From Alistipes sp. (GTDB lineage: Bacteria > Bacteroidota > Bacteroidia > Bacteroidales > Rikenellaceae), in NCBI GenBank assembly GCA_017504485.1, contig JAFVRC010000001.1, positions 18,928 through 82,927 on the forward strand: a DNA stretch of 64,000 bases, written 5' to 3'. Made by a program: the position numbers and the translations under genes. Under the pieces are notes generated by a model. The model was not told where the DNA came from. It did no database searches and saw only the letters and a list, made by a program, of their open reading frames with translations. Of the stretch, positions 47,118 to 56,743 are shown piece after piece. Every line of letters starts with the position of its first letter. The first letter of the stretch is position 1.

Positions 47118-48245
47118 ATGAAGAAGATAACCATCGCCATCGACTCCTTCAAAGGCTCACTCTCCTCGCGCGAGGCGGCCGACCACTTCGAGAGAGGTTT
47201 TCGGCAGGTTGCGCCCGCCTGCTGCGTGCGCAAGGTGGTGATAGCCGATGGTGGCGAGGGCACGGTCGATGCCTTTGTCGATACCCTCAACGGAGAGTAT
47301 ATAAGGCTAACTGTCAGTGACCCACTCGGCCGCCCTGTGACGGCTCGCTACGGCATAATCGATAATGGCTCCACAGCCATCATCGAGATGGCAGCCGCAA
47401 GCGGGCTGACACTCCTGTCGGCCGAGGAGCGCAATCCGTGGCTCACCTCCACATACGGCACCGGCGAGATTATAGCCGATGCTCTCGGCCGCGGCTGCCG
47501 TAAGTTTCTTGTCGGCATAGGAGGCAGTGCCACAAATGATGGTGGAACGGGGATGTTGCGTGCGCTCGGTTTCAAGTTCCTGGATGCAACGGGGCGCGAG
47601 CTTATCGGTGGCGGCGAGATTCTCGAGAAGATAGCCACAATCGAGCCATCGACAATGGAGGGGTTGCACGAGGCGGAGTTTATCGTGGCGTGCGACGTTA
47701 CAAATACGCTCTATGGCGAGTTGGGCGCAGCCCACGTCTTTGCGCCACAGAAGGGTGCCGATGCGGCGATGGTCGAGCGGCTCGACAGGGGATTGCGCAA
47801 CTATGCGGCACGCATTAGCGCCTTCAACGGCTCGGAAGTCGCTTCGCTCGAAGGTGCCGGAGCGGCCGGAGGCCTTGGTGCCGGCCTATATGCCCTATTG
47901 GGCGCACGCCTTGAACGGGGTATCGAGATGATATTGCAGGCTATGCACTTCGACGAGATTATCGAGGGGTGCGACCTCGTCATTACGGGCGAGGGGCGCA
48001 TCGACCAACAGACGGTGATGGGCAAGGCTCCGAGTGGAGTGCTGAACGCGGCACGCAGGCAGAATATTCCGGTCATTGCCGTAGGTGGCACCGTGGCGTG
48101 GTGCGACGAACTACGCGAGAGCGGCTTTGCGGCAATAGTGCCAATTGTCGAGGGCTCGATGTTGCTCGAGGAGGCTATGCGCCCCGACGTAGCGGCCGCA
48201 AATATGGAGCGTACGGCAGCACGAATAGCGAGGCAATACCTATAA
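47118..48245 (+). CDS. Glycerate kinase
   Basis: DSFKGSL, ADGGEGT, GGSATNDGG and TGEGRID motifs. Confidence 0.95.
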   Translation: MKKITIAIDSFKGSLSSREAADHFERGFRQVAPACCVRKVVIADGGEGTVDAFVDTLNGEYIRLTVSDPLGRPVTARYGIIDNGSTAIIEMAAASGLTLLSAEERNPWLTSTYGTGEIIADALGRGCRKFLVGIGGSATNDGGTGMLRALGFKFLDATGRELIGGGEILEKIATIEPSTMEGLHEAEFIVACDVTNTLYGELGAAHVFAPQKGADAAMVERLDRGLRNYAARISAFNGSEVASLEGAGAAGGLGAGLYALLGARLERGIEMILQAMHFDEIIEGCDLVITGEGRIDQQTVMGKAPSGVLNAARRQNIPVIAVGGTVAWCDELRESGFAAIVPIVEGSMLLEEAMRPDVAAANMERTAARIARQYL

Positions 48246-48367
48246 TTTCAAAAAAAAGATATTCCGTCATTTGAAAATAGGTAAAATTTACTACCTTTGT
48301 GAAAACGTGACACTTATGAGCACCACGTTTTGAGTCTTATTATTTTCTAACTAAAAAATGAAGAGCC

Positions 48368-49627
48368 ATGAAAGAGGAGAAGAAAAAGGGCAAGGAGGAG
48401 GGTTATCTCTCATTTGACCCGGAAGATTTGAGGGGCGCAACGCAAGAGGGACACCCGAATGACGAGGCATACGAGTTGCTGTGGGAGGCGACGTGCGTAT
48501 CTTCGCACATCAGCGAGGCGGACAAGGCATGCGGTAAGACCGACGATGACAATGTTTATCCGACGACAGCTGCCGAGGTAGATGCTATGGAGGAGCTGAT
48601 AAATCAGGCAGAAGCGGCACTCAAAGAGCCCGATGCGGAGTTTTCGCGACGCATCGCCGAGCTGCGTTCCATCGTAGGATGGTCGCGCAAACGCCATTGG
48701 AAGCTCAATTGGCGCGTGGTTGTCGGCGTTATAATCTCGGTATTCGTGCTGCAAATGTGCGTCGATGGCAAGCAGGCTGACGTGAAGAAGGTTGAGGGCA
48801 AGGTAGAGCAGGTGCAGAATTGGCAGAAGGAGGGCGATTTCACCGTACTCGACCTCGAGTCGCTCAAAGATACCGACCTGAAATTCACCGGCAACTCCTA
48901 CGCCTCGGCCAAAAATTGGCACTACGACAAGCAACTCTCCTATGCGCAACGCTACTATACGGCAATCAGCCATATTGTCCACAACGAGGAGAACCTGAAG
49001 AAATCGGATGTGAGCAAGCAGCTGCGCGAGTTCTACGAGAGCGAATTGGAGAATGCCAAGGACAACAAGAAGAAGTATCACAAACTCTTCACGAAGCTCG
49101 CGAAGGCCGACTTCGACGACGTACAGGAGATGGCACTGGAGGAGGTTGATGAGACGCTCGACGAGGCGGAGTCTGATGCTACATTCGTCAAGTTCTGGAA
49201 CATATTCTTCCTACTGCTCATTCCTGTATATATCTTCGCCGCACGACCTCACGGCTACACCATCAGCCGCTATCGCCGCGAGGCAAAGAACCTTGGCCGA
49301 ATCGAAAAGTTCGGTCTGTGGCTTTCGGGCGCATTGCTCGGCGCAGGTATGGGTATCGGCTTTGTGGATATCGTGACAAAGTGGAGCGACGGCTCTACAT
49401 CGCGCGAGGATGACGGCACAGGCCCTGCCCGCTTGGCCATCAAGATTGGTCTTTTCGTCGCTGCCGTACTCGTATTCTGCTGCGTAAGCTGCCTCCTGAT
49501 GCTCTACGCCACCATCACGGGTCTTATCCGCAACTACGATTGGAAAGAGGCCAAGAAACGTGCCGTGACGGCCGGTGCAGCGGCCAAGGCTAAGTACGAC
49601 GAGATGCGTGCCGAGGGCGGCAAGTAA
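48368..49627 (+). CDS. Hypothetical membrane protein
   Basis: About four hydrophobic segments; no family recognised. Confidence 0.7.
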   Translation: MKEEKKKGKEEGYLSFDPEDLRGATQEGHPNDEAYELLWEATCVSSHISEADKACGKTDDDNVYPTTAAEVDAMEELINQAEAALKEPDAEFSRRIAELRSIVGWSRKRHWKLNWRVVVGVIISVFVLQMCVDGKQADVKKVEGKVEQVQNWQKEGDFTVLDLESLKDTDLKFTGNSYASAKNWHYDKQLSYAQRYYTAISHIVHNEENLKKSDVSKQLREFYESELENAKDNKKKYHKLFTKLAKADFDDVQEMALEEVDETLDEAESDATFVKFWNIFFLLLIPVYIFAARPHGYTISRYRREAKNLGRIEKFGLWLSGALLGAGMGIGFVDIVTKWSDGSTSREDDGTGPARLAIKIGLFVAAVLVFCCVSCLLMLYATITGLIRNYDWKEAKKRAVTAGAAAKAKYDEMRAEGGK

Positions 49628-49643
49628 CATCGTGTATCTCATA

Positions 49644-49691
49644 AAACAGAGAGGGTTGTCCAACGAGCTTGTCGGACAACCCTCTCTGTTT
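49644..49691. terminator. Bidirectional terminator
   Basis: AAACAGAGAGGGTTGTCC/GGACAACCCTCTCTGTTT between convergent genes. Confidence 0.8.
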
Positions 49692-49705
49692 CGCATTAGC
49701 CATGC

Positions 49706-52087
49706 CTAAAACGACAACTTCGCGCCCACAAATATCGAGCGAGGCAGCGACGGACCATAGATGTAGCCCGAGTCGCGAGCAGGGCCGCGGTCGAAATCAC
49801 GCTGGTAGGAGTTCAGTATATTGCGTACACCGGCATTGACCTGCAAGCCTATACTCTTCCAAATCCTAAAGTCGTAGGAGAGCTTCAAGCCGAGGTCGAA
49901 GAAGGCCTTGGTATGCTCGAGGCGATCCTGCTCGAGAGTCGAGCCATCGGGCAACAGACCTCCTGCATAGTGATCGACATACATACGTCCCATATAGTTC
50001 GCTGAGAGGTCGATCTTGAAGTTCTTGACCGGCTGCGTCGTAATGGTAAAGTAGCCATATACGTTTGGCGAGCGGAACATATTTGTTGCAGGGGCAACAC
50101 TCTCATCGTCGCTCCAATACTCCGGCTCGTTGTACTTGCTACGCTGCAACGTAACACCTGCCGCAACATCCACCCAAGGAGCATAGGCTATTTTACCCTC
50201 GACATTGAGTCCCATGACATTCGCGCCCGAGCCGTTGTATCGCTCGTAGATTGTTGCACCATCGCCACCTATCTCGCCCGTTTCGCGCAGCGTAAATACG
50301 CCATTGAGCATAGTGTAGAAGCCCTCGACGAGGAGATTTGCCTGCACGCGCCCCCACGTCTTATACATATCGGCCGAGAGGGTGAACGAGTGCGAGCGCT
50401 CCTCCTTCAAATCCTCGGCCAAGCGGATACGGGTACGCTCGCCGCCTACGATAAGGATATGCAAATCCTCGTCGAAGGCCTGTGGTGCACGGAAGCCAGA
50501 GCCGTATGTCGCACGCAGCGAGACGTTGTGCGTAGGATTATAGCGCAAGGTTGCTCGCGGCGAAGGGATGCAGAGGAAGCGTTTGTTCGAGGCATTGTAC
50601 CAATTGTCCAAGCGGCCACCAACGAGGAAACCCCACTTATTGAACTTGAACTCGCCTTGCGCATAGACACTCGCATTATGAACGTGCTGCTCGATAATCA
50701 TACCCTTATAGAATGGCTCATCGGCATAACCGATAGGGTTGTCGAACAGATAGTCATAGTTGTACTCCAAGCCCGTAGTCAGCTCGAAGAAGTTGATGCG
50801 GTAGAGGTATTGTGCTCCGGCTACGGCCGTCACACCTGTAGTCTTACCGTAGGCCTGCGGATTCTTGTCGGCACCATAGTAACTCTCTCGGCTTGTCGAT
50901 TGCGCCGAGGCGAAGACGCTGTAACGATGGCGTGTGTTCTTCGACGTGCCATCGAATGAGAGACCTCCGCTGTGGATAAGGTGGTCGGTCGTCTCGGCAA
51001 TCAGCGCCTCGTGCGGCGGGCGGTCGAGTTGGTCGCCACCTCGACGATACTCGTTTGTGGCGTGGTAGTCGAGCGTGAGTTTGCTATATGCACTGGTCTT
51101 GACGTAGGCCTGCGTACCGATAGTCTGCGACTTGATAACCGGAATCTCGACAAAGCCGTCGCCATCGTGATCATAAGCGTCGCGAATACGGTTTTGGCCA
51201 TAGATTGTAAGTCCCGCCTTGCGGTTGTCGGTCACGAGCGAGGCGTTCAGCGTGGTGTTATTGTCGAGCGCACCACTAACTCCGACAGAGGTGAGCGAAT
51301 GGGCCAACTCACCGGAGTTGCGCAGCGGCTCCTTGGTGATGATATTGATAGTTCCTCCGATGGCCGAAGAGCCAAAGAGTGCAGAGCCGCCACCACGCAC
51401 AACCTCGATACGCTCGACCATATTTGCCGGAATATGCTCCAAGCCATAGACGCCGGCCAGTGCCGAGAATACGGGGCGTGAGTTTATCAGAATCTGCGAA
51501 TATTGGCCCGACAAGCCGTTGATGCGCACCTGGGCAAAGCCGCAGTTTTGGCACGAGTTCTCGACGCGCACACCCGGCTGGAACGACAAGCCCTCGGCGA
51601 TGGTCGGGGCCGAAACCTTATTCAGCAGGTCGGCATCAACGATATTGACGATGGTCGGAGCCTCGCTGCGCTTCGTAGCGTTACGGTTGGCCGATACGAC
51701 AATCGCATCTACCGAGATTTGCTCCTCGGTGGTCTCGAAGTTGAGCAGAAGATCCGAGCCGCACTCCACATTAACCTCCTTGGTTCGGCTGGCATAGCCG
51801 ATAGCCGAGACGGTGACCTTCAACTTGCCGACAGGGGCGTGAAAGAGAGTGTAGTGTCCCGTGGCATCAGTGGTTGTACCGACGGTCGTACCATCAATGG
51901 TAACTGTGATATAGGGGATATGCTCCTTTGTGCGGGAATCGGTGACGTGGCCGTGAATAGTAGCCTCGCACTTCTCGCCTGCGGCGTGAGAATGGCTTGT
52001 GTCGTGGTGTGCCTTATGTGCACTCTGAGCTGCGGCCGATGCACACATCAGCCACACAGCTATAATGATGGAGAAAATTTTCTTCAT
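49706..52087 (-). CDS. TonB-dependent receptor, probably metal-related
   Basis: CQNCG plug, ERIEVVRGGGSALFG, His-rich N-terminus, C-terminal Phe. Confidence 0.92.
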   Translation of the reverse strand: MKKIFSIIIAVWLMCASAAAQSAHKAHHDTSHSHAAGEKCEATIHGHVTDSRTKEHIPYITVTIDGTTVGTTTDATGHYTLFHAPVGKLKVTVSAIGYASRTKEVNVECGSDLLLNFETTEEQISVDAIVVSANRNATKRSEAPTIVNIVDADLLNKVSAPTIAEGLSFQPGVRVENSCQNCGFAQVRINGLSGQYSQILINSRPVFSALAGVYGLEHIPANMVERIEVVRGGGSALFGSSAIGGTINIITKEPLRNSGELAHSLTSVGVSGALDNNTTLNASLVTDNRKAGLTIYGQNRIRDAYDHDGDGFVEIPVIKSQTIGTQAYVKTSAYSKLTLDYHATNEYRRGGDQLDRPPHEALIAETTDHLIHSGGLSFDGTSKNTRHRYSVFASAQSTSRESYYGADKNPQAYGKTTGVTAVAGAQYLYRINFFELTTGLEYNYDYLFDNPIGYADEPFYKGMIIEQHVHNASVYAQGEFKFNKWGFLVGGRLDNWYNASNKRFLCIPSPRATLRYNPTHNVSLRATYGSGFRAPQAFDEDLHILIVGGERTRIRLAEDLKEERSHSFTLSADMYKTWGRVQANLLVEGFYTMLNGVFTLRETGEIGGDGATIYERYNGSGANVMGLNVEGKIAYAPWVDVAAGVTLQRSKYNEPEYWSDDESVAPATNMFRSPNVYGYFTITTQPVKNFKIDLSANYMGRMYVDHYAGGLLPDGSTLEQDRLEHTKAFFDLGLKLSYDFRIWKSIGLQVNAGVRNILNSYQRDFDRGPARDSGYIYGPSLPRSIFVGAKLSF

Positions 52088-52164
52088 TTATACCTTAATA
52101 TTTATCGTTAAAGAAAGAGTTATATATGTGCACAATTCGGGCTGTGCACTACGCATTTTGTACT

Positions 52165-52482
52165 CTACGATAAATATGGAGGTGCTCGAAGCGAAGAGGT
52201 TACGACAATTCGGTTGGCCGCCGCAACAGCCTGAATAGGCATCTCGTACTCCACGGCCGAGACAATCGGCGAGTAGTCGAAATACTCGGCGGCAACGGCT
52301 ATAAAGTCCTCGGCGTGGCAAATAGGGCAGTTGCATCGTATCCACGCATTGTGGGCAGAGTTCTCCGCCGTGCGCAGATAGTCGTCATAGAAGCCTCTAT
52401 CGTGAGTAAGCCACAGACGGCTCGACACCGATACGATCATCAGCGCGGCGAGCAGATAGAGCACTCTTCTCCTATGTTGCAT
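52165..52482 (-). CDS. Small CxxC...RAPP leader protein (DUF2946/CruR/CutF-like)
   Basis: Signal-like N-terminus, CNCPICH, C-terminal LRAPP; 77 bp upstream of the TonB receptor. Confidence 0.75.
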   Translation of the reverse strand: MQHRRRVLYLLAALMIVSVSSRLWLTHDRGFYDDYLRTAENSAHNAWIRCNCPICHAEDFIAVAAEYFDYSPIVSAVEYEMPIQAVAAANRIVVTSSLRAPPYLS

Positions 52483-52662
52483 CAACCATTTCACGGATGC
52501 AAAAATAGGTAATTTTATAGAAACTGCAAAAAAAATTATACCCACAAATGGGTATTACATCGCGCCTTATATAATAACATTTAGGTAGTTATGGACAAAA
52601 AACAGCTTTTGGGCACCCGAGTACGGATACCCAAAAGCGAGTAACAGAGCCGATAGGCGGAA

Positions 52663-53709
52663 CTACTTGTTGAGCACGCGACGCTGCTTGTCGATACTTT
52701 CGAGATGTATCGCCTCGAAGAGTGCCGAGAGAAAATCGCGGCTCAAGCCAAGACTCTCGGCACGCGACATCGCGCTCTCGACAAGGCTGTTCCAACGTGT
52801 AGGCTGAAGAATCATCACGTTATTGTCGCGCTTGATACGGCCGATATCCTCGGCAACGGCCATACGGCGTGCCAAAAGGTTGATAATCTCGCTATCGAGG
52901 CTGTCAATCAAGCCACGTAGCTCGTCGAGCGAGCGTTGGTAGCTCTCCGAATCGGAATCCTCGGAGCGCCAAACAACCGAGTCCAGCAACCCGAAGAGCC
53001 CCTCCGGTGTAACCTGCTGCTTGGCATCGCTCCACGCCTCGTCGGGCGAAATGTGGCTCTCAATCATCAGTCCATCGTAGTTTAGGTCGGCCGCCTGCTG
53101 CGCCACCTCGGCCAGATGCTCTCGGTTGCCGCAGATATGCGACGGATCGCAGAAAATAGGCAACTCGGGGAGTCGCTTCTTGATTTCGAGGGCCAGATGC
53201 CACATCGGCATATTACGGTAGCAGCTCGAAGCATAGCCCGAGAATCCTCGGTGTATAAGGCCGAGATTCTTCACATTGCACGCCGCCAGACGCGCTACTG
53301 CGCCACCCCATAGCTCCACATCGGCATTCATCGGGTTTTTGACCAGCACGGGCACATCCGTACCGCGCAACGCCTCGGCGAGTTCCTGCACACTGAAGGG
53401 GTTGGAGGTGGTACGCGCACCTATCCACAGAACGTCGATGCCATACTTCATCACGCTCTCGACGTGCTTGGCATTGGCCACCTCGACGGCTACAGGAAGG
53501 CCCGTCAGCTGCTTCACCTCAACGAGCCACGGCAGGGCCTCCTCGCCCATACCCTCGAATGTTCCGGGCTTCGTGCGAGGCTTCCATACTCCCGCACGGA
53601 TAATATCAACCTTACCCGACGCAGCAACAGCCTGCGCCGTAGCAAGAGTCTGCTCTCTGGTCTCGGCACTGCAAGGGCCGGCAATAATCAAAGGTTTTTT
53701 CCACTCCAT
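52663..53709 (-). CDS. Bifunctional DAHP synthase (I-beta)/chorismate mutase
   Basis: IAGPCSAE, WKPRT, WIGART and DPSH motifs; C-terminal AroQ-like domain. Confidence 0.93.
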   Translation of the reverse strand: MEWKKPLIIAGPCSAETREQTLATAQAVAASGKVDIIRAGVWKPRTKPGTFEGMGEEALPWLVEVKQLTGLPVAVEVANAKHVESVMKYGIDVLWIGARTTSNPFSVQELAEALRGTDVPVLVKNPMNADVELWGGAVARLAACNVKNLGLIHRGFSGYASSCYRNMPMWHLALEIKKRLPELPIFCDPSHICGNREHLAEVAQQAADLNYDGLMIESHISPDEAWSDAKQQVTPEGLFGLLDSVVWRSEDSDSESYQRSLDELRGLIDSLDSEIINLLARRMAVAEDIGRIKRDNNVMILQPTRWNSLVESAMSRAESLGLSRDFLSALFEAIHLESIDKQRRVLNK

Positions 53710-53715
53710 AGTAAC

Positions 53716-54564
53716 CTATTTTTTATCTAAAACTTTTCGTATCTCGTTTGCGCGCTCGATGGTTTGGCGAATCTCCGCACGATTATCCCTCTCGAGAGCC
53801 TTGCGGAAGATTTCTAACTGATGTATGTACTCACGCAGCACATCGAGCACATTATACTTGTTCTGCATCAATATCGGTATCCACATATCGGGCGAGGATT
53901 TGGCAAGTCGCACCGTGCTCTCGAAGCCTCCACCCGCGAGGTTGAGAATAGTGGCGCTCTCGCGCTCCTTCTCGAGTACCGTGGTAGCCAGAATGAAGGA
54001 GGTGATATGCGAAATATGGCTTACATAGGCGGCGTGCGTATCGTGCTGTGCAGGCGACATGTACATAATCTTCATACCTATCGTCGTGAATATACGCTCG
54101 ACGGCAGACACGGCATCGGCATCGGATTGCTCGACATCGCACAGCACCGTATTACAGCCCACAAAAGCATCCTCGACAGCAGCCTCTGGGCCACTATGCT
54201 CCGTACCCCACATTGGGTGTGCGGCGACAAAGCGATGGCGACGCGGATGCTGGCTGATAATTTCGCAAAGTTCCTCCTTCGTGGAGCCCATATCGAACAC
54301 TATACGGCTGTCGTCGATGCGGTTGAGCAGCTTGATGGCCAACTGCGGAATGACATCGACAGGAGTTGCGAGGACTATAATATCGGCCGCCTCCGCTACC
54401 CTATCCCACTCGATAAGTTCATCGACCAGACCAAGTTCCAACGCCTTGGCGGCATTGCGCGGCGAGGCATCAACACCATAGAGTCGATCGGTAAGTGCGT
54501 ATTTGCGCAAAGCGAGGGCAAACGAGCCTCCGATAAGTCCTAAACCTATGATGCAAATATTCAT
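53716..54564 (-). CDS. tyrA: Prephenate dehydrogenase
   Basis: GLGLIGGS, DMGSTK, HPMWGTE and RLAKSSPDMW motifs. Confidence 0.93.
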   Translation of the reverse strand: MNICIIGLGLIGGSFALALRKYALTDRLYGVDASPRNAAKALELGLVDELIEWDRVAEAADIIVLATPVDVIPQLAIKLLNRIDDSRIVFDMGSTKEELCEIISQHPRRHRFVAAHPMWGTEHSGPEAAVEDAFVGCNTVLCDVEQSDADAVSAVERIFTTIGMKIMYMSPAQHDTHAAYVSHISHITSFILATTVLEKERESATILNLAGGGFESTVRLAKSSPDMWIPILMQNKYNVLDVLREYIHQLEIFRKALERDNRAEIRQTIERANEIRKVLDKK

Positions 54565-54568
54565 ACTG

Positions 54569-55723
54569 CTAACTATTTATTCGCTCCAATACTCTATCGA
54601 GCAGCCCCTCCGAGGCACATAGACTGAGACGCACATAGCGCTCACCCTCACTGCCAAACACACCACCCGGCGTGAGGAATATATGCTTCTCGTAGAGCAA
54701 GCGGTCGCAGAAGCTGTAACAATCCTCGCCATCGGGCACCATGCCCCACAGAAAGAGCCCCGCCTGATTTGGGCGACACTCCACACCGAGAGCCTTCATT
54801 ATAGCCATTCCCTTGGCTTCGCGGCTGCGATACACCCTATTCTGCTCCTCGTACCACTCGTCGCCCAGGCCGAGGGCTGTCGCCGCGGCGAGCTGCAACG
54901 GGAGGTACATACCCGAGTCCATATTGCTCTTGAAACGCAAAATCTCGTCAATACGTCCCCTCGCACCACCAATCATTCCGATACGCCAACCCGCCATATT
55001 ATGGCTCTTGCTGAGCGAATTGAGCTCGATAGCCACCTCACGCGCACCCTCGATGGCAAGCAGCGAGAGTCGCGCCTCGTTGCGCAGAAAACCATAGGCA
55101 TTGTCGTTCACGAGCAGTACATGATGCTCCCTGCACCAATCGACCACGCGCTGCAACACCTCACTCGAGGCCACCGCACCCGTAGGCATATGCGGATAGT
55201 TGATAATCATCATCTTCACACCCTCGGTCGGAAGTGCTTCGATGTCGGGCACATAGTCACTCTCCTCCCTCAACGCATATTCGACCACCTCGCCCTCGGC
55301 AAGTCGCACGGCCGAAGCGTAGGTCGGGTATCCTGGATTGGGGACAAGCACCTTGTCGCCCTTCGAGATGTAGGTCATAACCGTATGCATAACACCCTCC
55401 TTCGACCCTATGAGAGGCAATATCTCGCTCTCGGCATCAAGCGCAACACCAAAGTAGCGGCCATACCACGTTGCGAGCGCACCACGCAACTCCGCCACGC
55501 CGCGATACGACTGGTAACCATGTGCCGAGGCTCGGGCTGCCTCCGAGGCGAGTCGCTCCACCACCGAGGGGTGAGGCGGCAGGTCGGGCGAGCCTACGCC
55601 GAGCGAAATGATATCGGCACCCGCACGGCGCATATCCTCAATCTCGCGTAGCTTGCGGGAGAAGTAGTACTCGCCGACACTCGAGAGGCGCGAGGATAAC
55701 TGTGGTTGAAACCTCTCCGTCAT
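54569..55723 (-). CDS. PLP-dependent aminotransferase class I/II
   Basis: GSKEG, NYPHMPTG, DNAY and SLSKSHNMAGWRIG motifs. Confidence 0.93.
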   Translation of the reverse strand: MTERFQPQLSSRLSSVGEYYFSRKLREIEDMRRAGADIISLGVGSPDLPPHPSVVERLASEAARASAHGYQSYRGVAELRGALATWYGRYFGVALDAESEILPLIGSKEGVMHTVMTYISKGDKVLVPNPGYPTYASAVRLAEGEVVEYALREESDYVPDIEALPTEGVKMMIINYPHMPTGAVASSEVLQRVVDWCREHHVLLVNDNAYGFLRNEARLSLLAIEGAREVAIELNSLSKSHNMAGWRIGMIGGARGRIDEILRFKSNMDSGMYLPLQLAAATALGLGDEWYEEQNRVYRSREAKGMAIMKALGVECRPNQAGLFLWGMVPDGEDCYSFCDRLLYEKHIFLTPGGVFGSEGERYVRLSLCASEGLLDRVLERINS

Positions 55724-56565
55724 AGCTCTATATCGACATTCTTGTTATAGACTCCGTAGATATGCACCTCAACGCCGTGCGAGCGCATCCTCTCGACCAC
55801 AAGGCGGAGCTGCGACACCTCATCAAACTCCATATCGACGTGGAAGATATAGTGGAATGGCTGGTCAGGAATCGGGTACGACTGCAACTTGGTCATATTT
55901 ATATTCAGCCCCGTCATCACCCCCAGCGTATCGTAGAGCGAGCCGGCCGTATCAGGTATTTTGAAATAGAGCGAGGCCTTGTCACCCATCGTCGAGGCGG
56001 CCTCCGGCTCGAAGTTGTTGCGATCGCAATACTCGAGAATGAGGAAGCGGGTGTAGTTATTACGATTGGTGTGTATGTCGCGTGCCACGATATCCAAATC
56101 GAAGAGTTTGGCGGCCAGCTCGCCGGCGATGGCCGCAGATGTGCGGCTCCCGCTACGTTGCAGCGCGGCGGCACTCAACGCCGTATCGACACTCTCGACA
56201 AGTCGCCACGGGTGCGCGTCCAGATAGTCGGCACACTGCAACAGGGCCATCTGGTGCGACTCGACCTCGCGGATATCTTCGAGGCACACACCGCGATTGA
56301 CCATCAGATTTTGGCGAATCTGCAGGCATATCTCGCCCGCGATATGCACGTTGCAACGCTGCAAGATATTGTAGTTGGGAAGTATCGAGCCGGCGATAGA
56401 GTTCTCGATGGCCATAACGCCGTAATCGACGTTACGGCACTCTACCGCACGGGCGACAGCGCGGAACGTGTCGCACGGAAGAATCTCGACCGCAGCACCC
56501 TCGTACTGCTCGGCCGCTATATGGTGAAATGAGCCGGCATAGCCCTGTATTGCAACTCTTTTCAT
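55720..56565 (-). CDS. pheA: Prephenate dehydratase
   Basis: IENSIAGS and NYTRF motifs; C-terminal ACT domain. Confidence 0.93.
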   Translation of the reverse strand: MKRVAIQGYAGSFHHIAAEQYEGAAVEILPCDTFRAVARAVECRNVDYGVMAIENSIAGSILPNYNILQRCNVHIAGEICLQIRQNLMVNRGVCLEDIREVESHQMALLQCADYLDAHPWRLVESVDTALSAAALQRSGSRTSAAIAGELAAKLFDLDIVARDIHTNRNNYTRFLILEYCDRNNFEPEAASTMGDKASLYFKIPDTAGSLYDTLGVMTGLNINMTKLQSYPIPDQPFHYIFHVDMEFDEVSQLRLVVERMRSHGVEVHIYGVYNKNVDIEL

Positions 56566-56580
56566 ATCTGCCTTACAAAC

Positions 56581-56731
56581 AAAAAGGCCACTCTTTCGGG
56601 AGCGGCCATATTCTGAATCTACTACACACGAGCCTCCGCTCCTCTAATCCTCGTGGTCAAAGAAGTAAAATAAAAGCGGTCATAAAATCGCACCTGCGGC
56701 ATAGTAGTTCTATTTACGTTATGCAAATTTA
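56581..56731 (-). promoter_or_regulatory. Phe/Tyr leader-peptide attenuator
   Basis: TAAATTTG box 56724-56731; leader ORF 56622-56702 MPQVRFYDRFYF...; GGAGCGG antiterminator; GGCCGCTC/GAGTGGCC terminator with T run. Confidence 0.8.
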
Positions 56732-56743
56732 GTAAAATATTTC

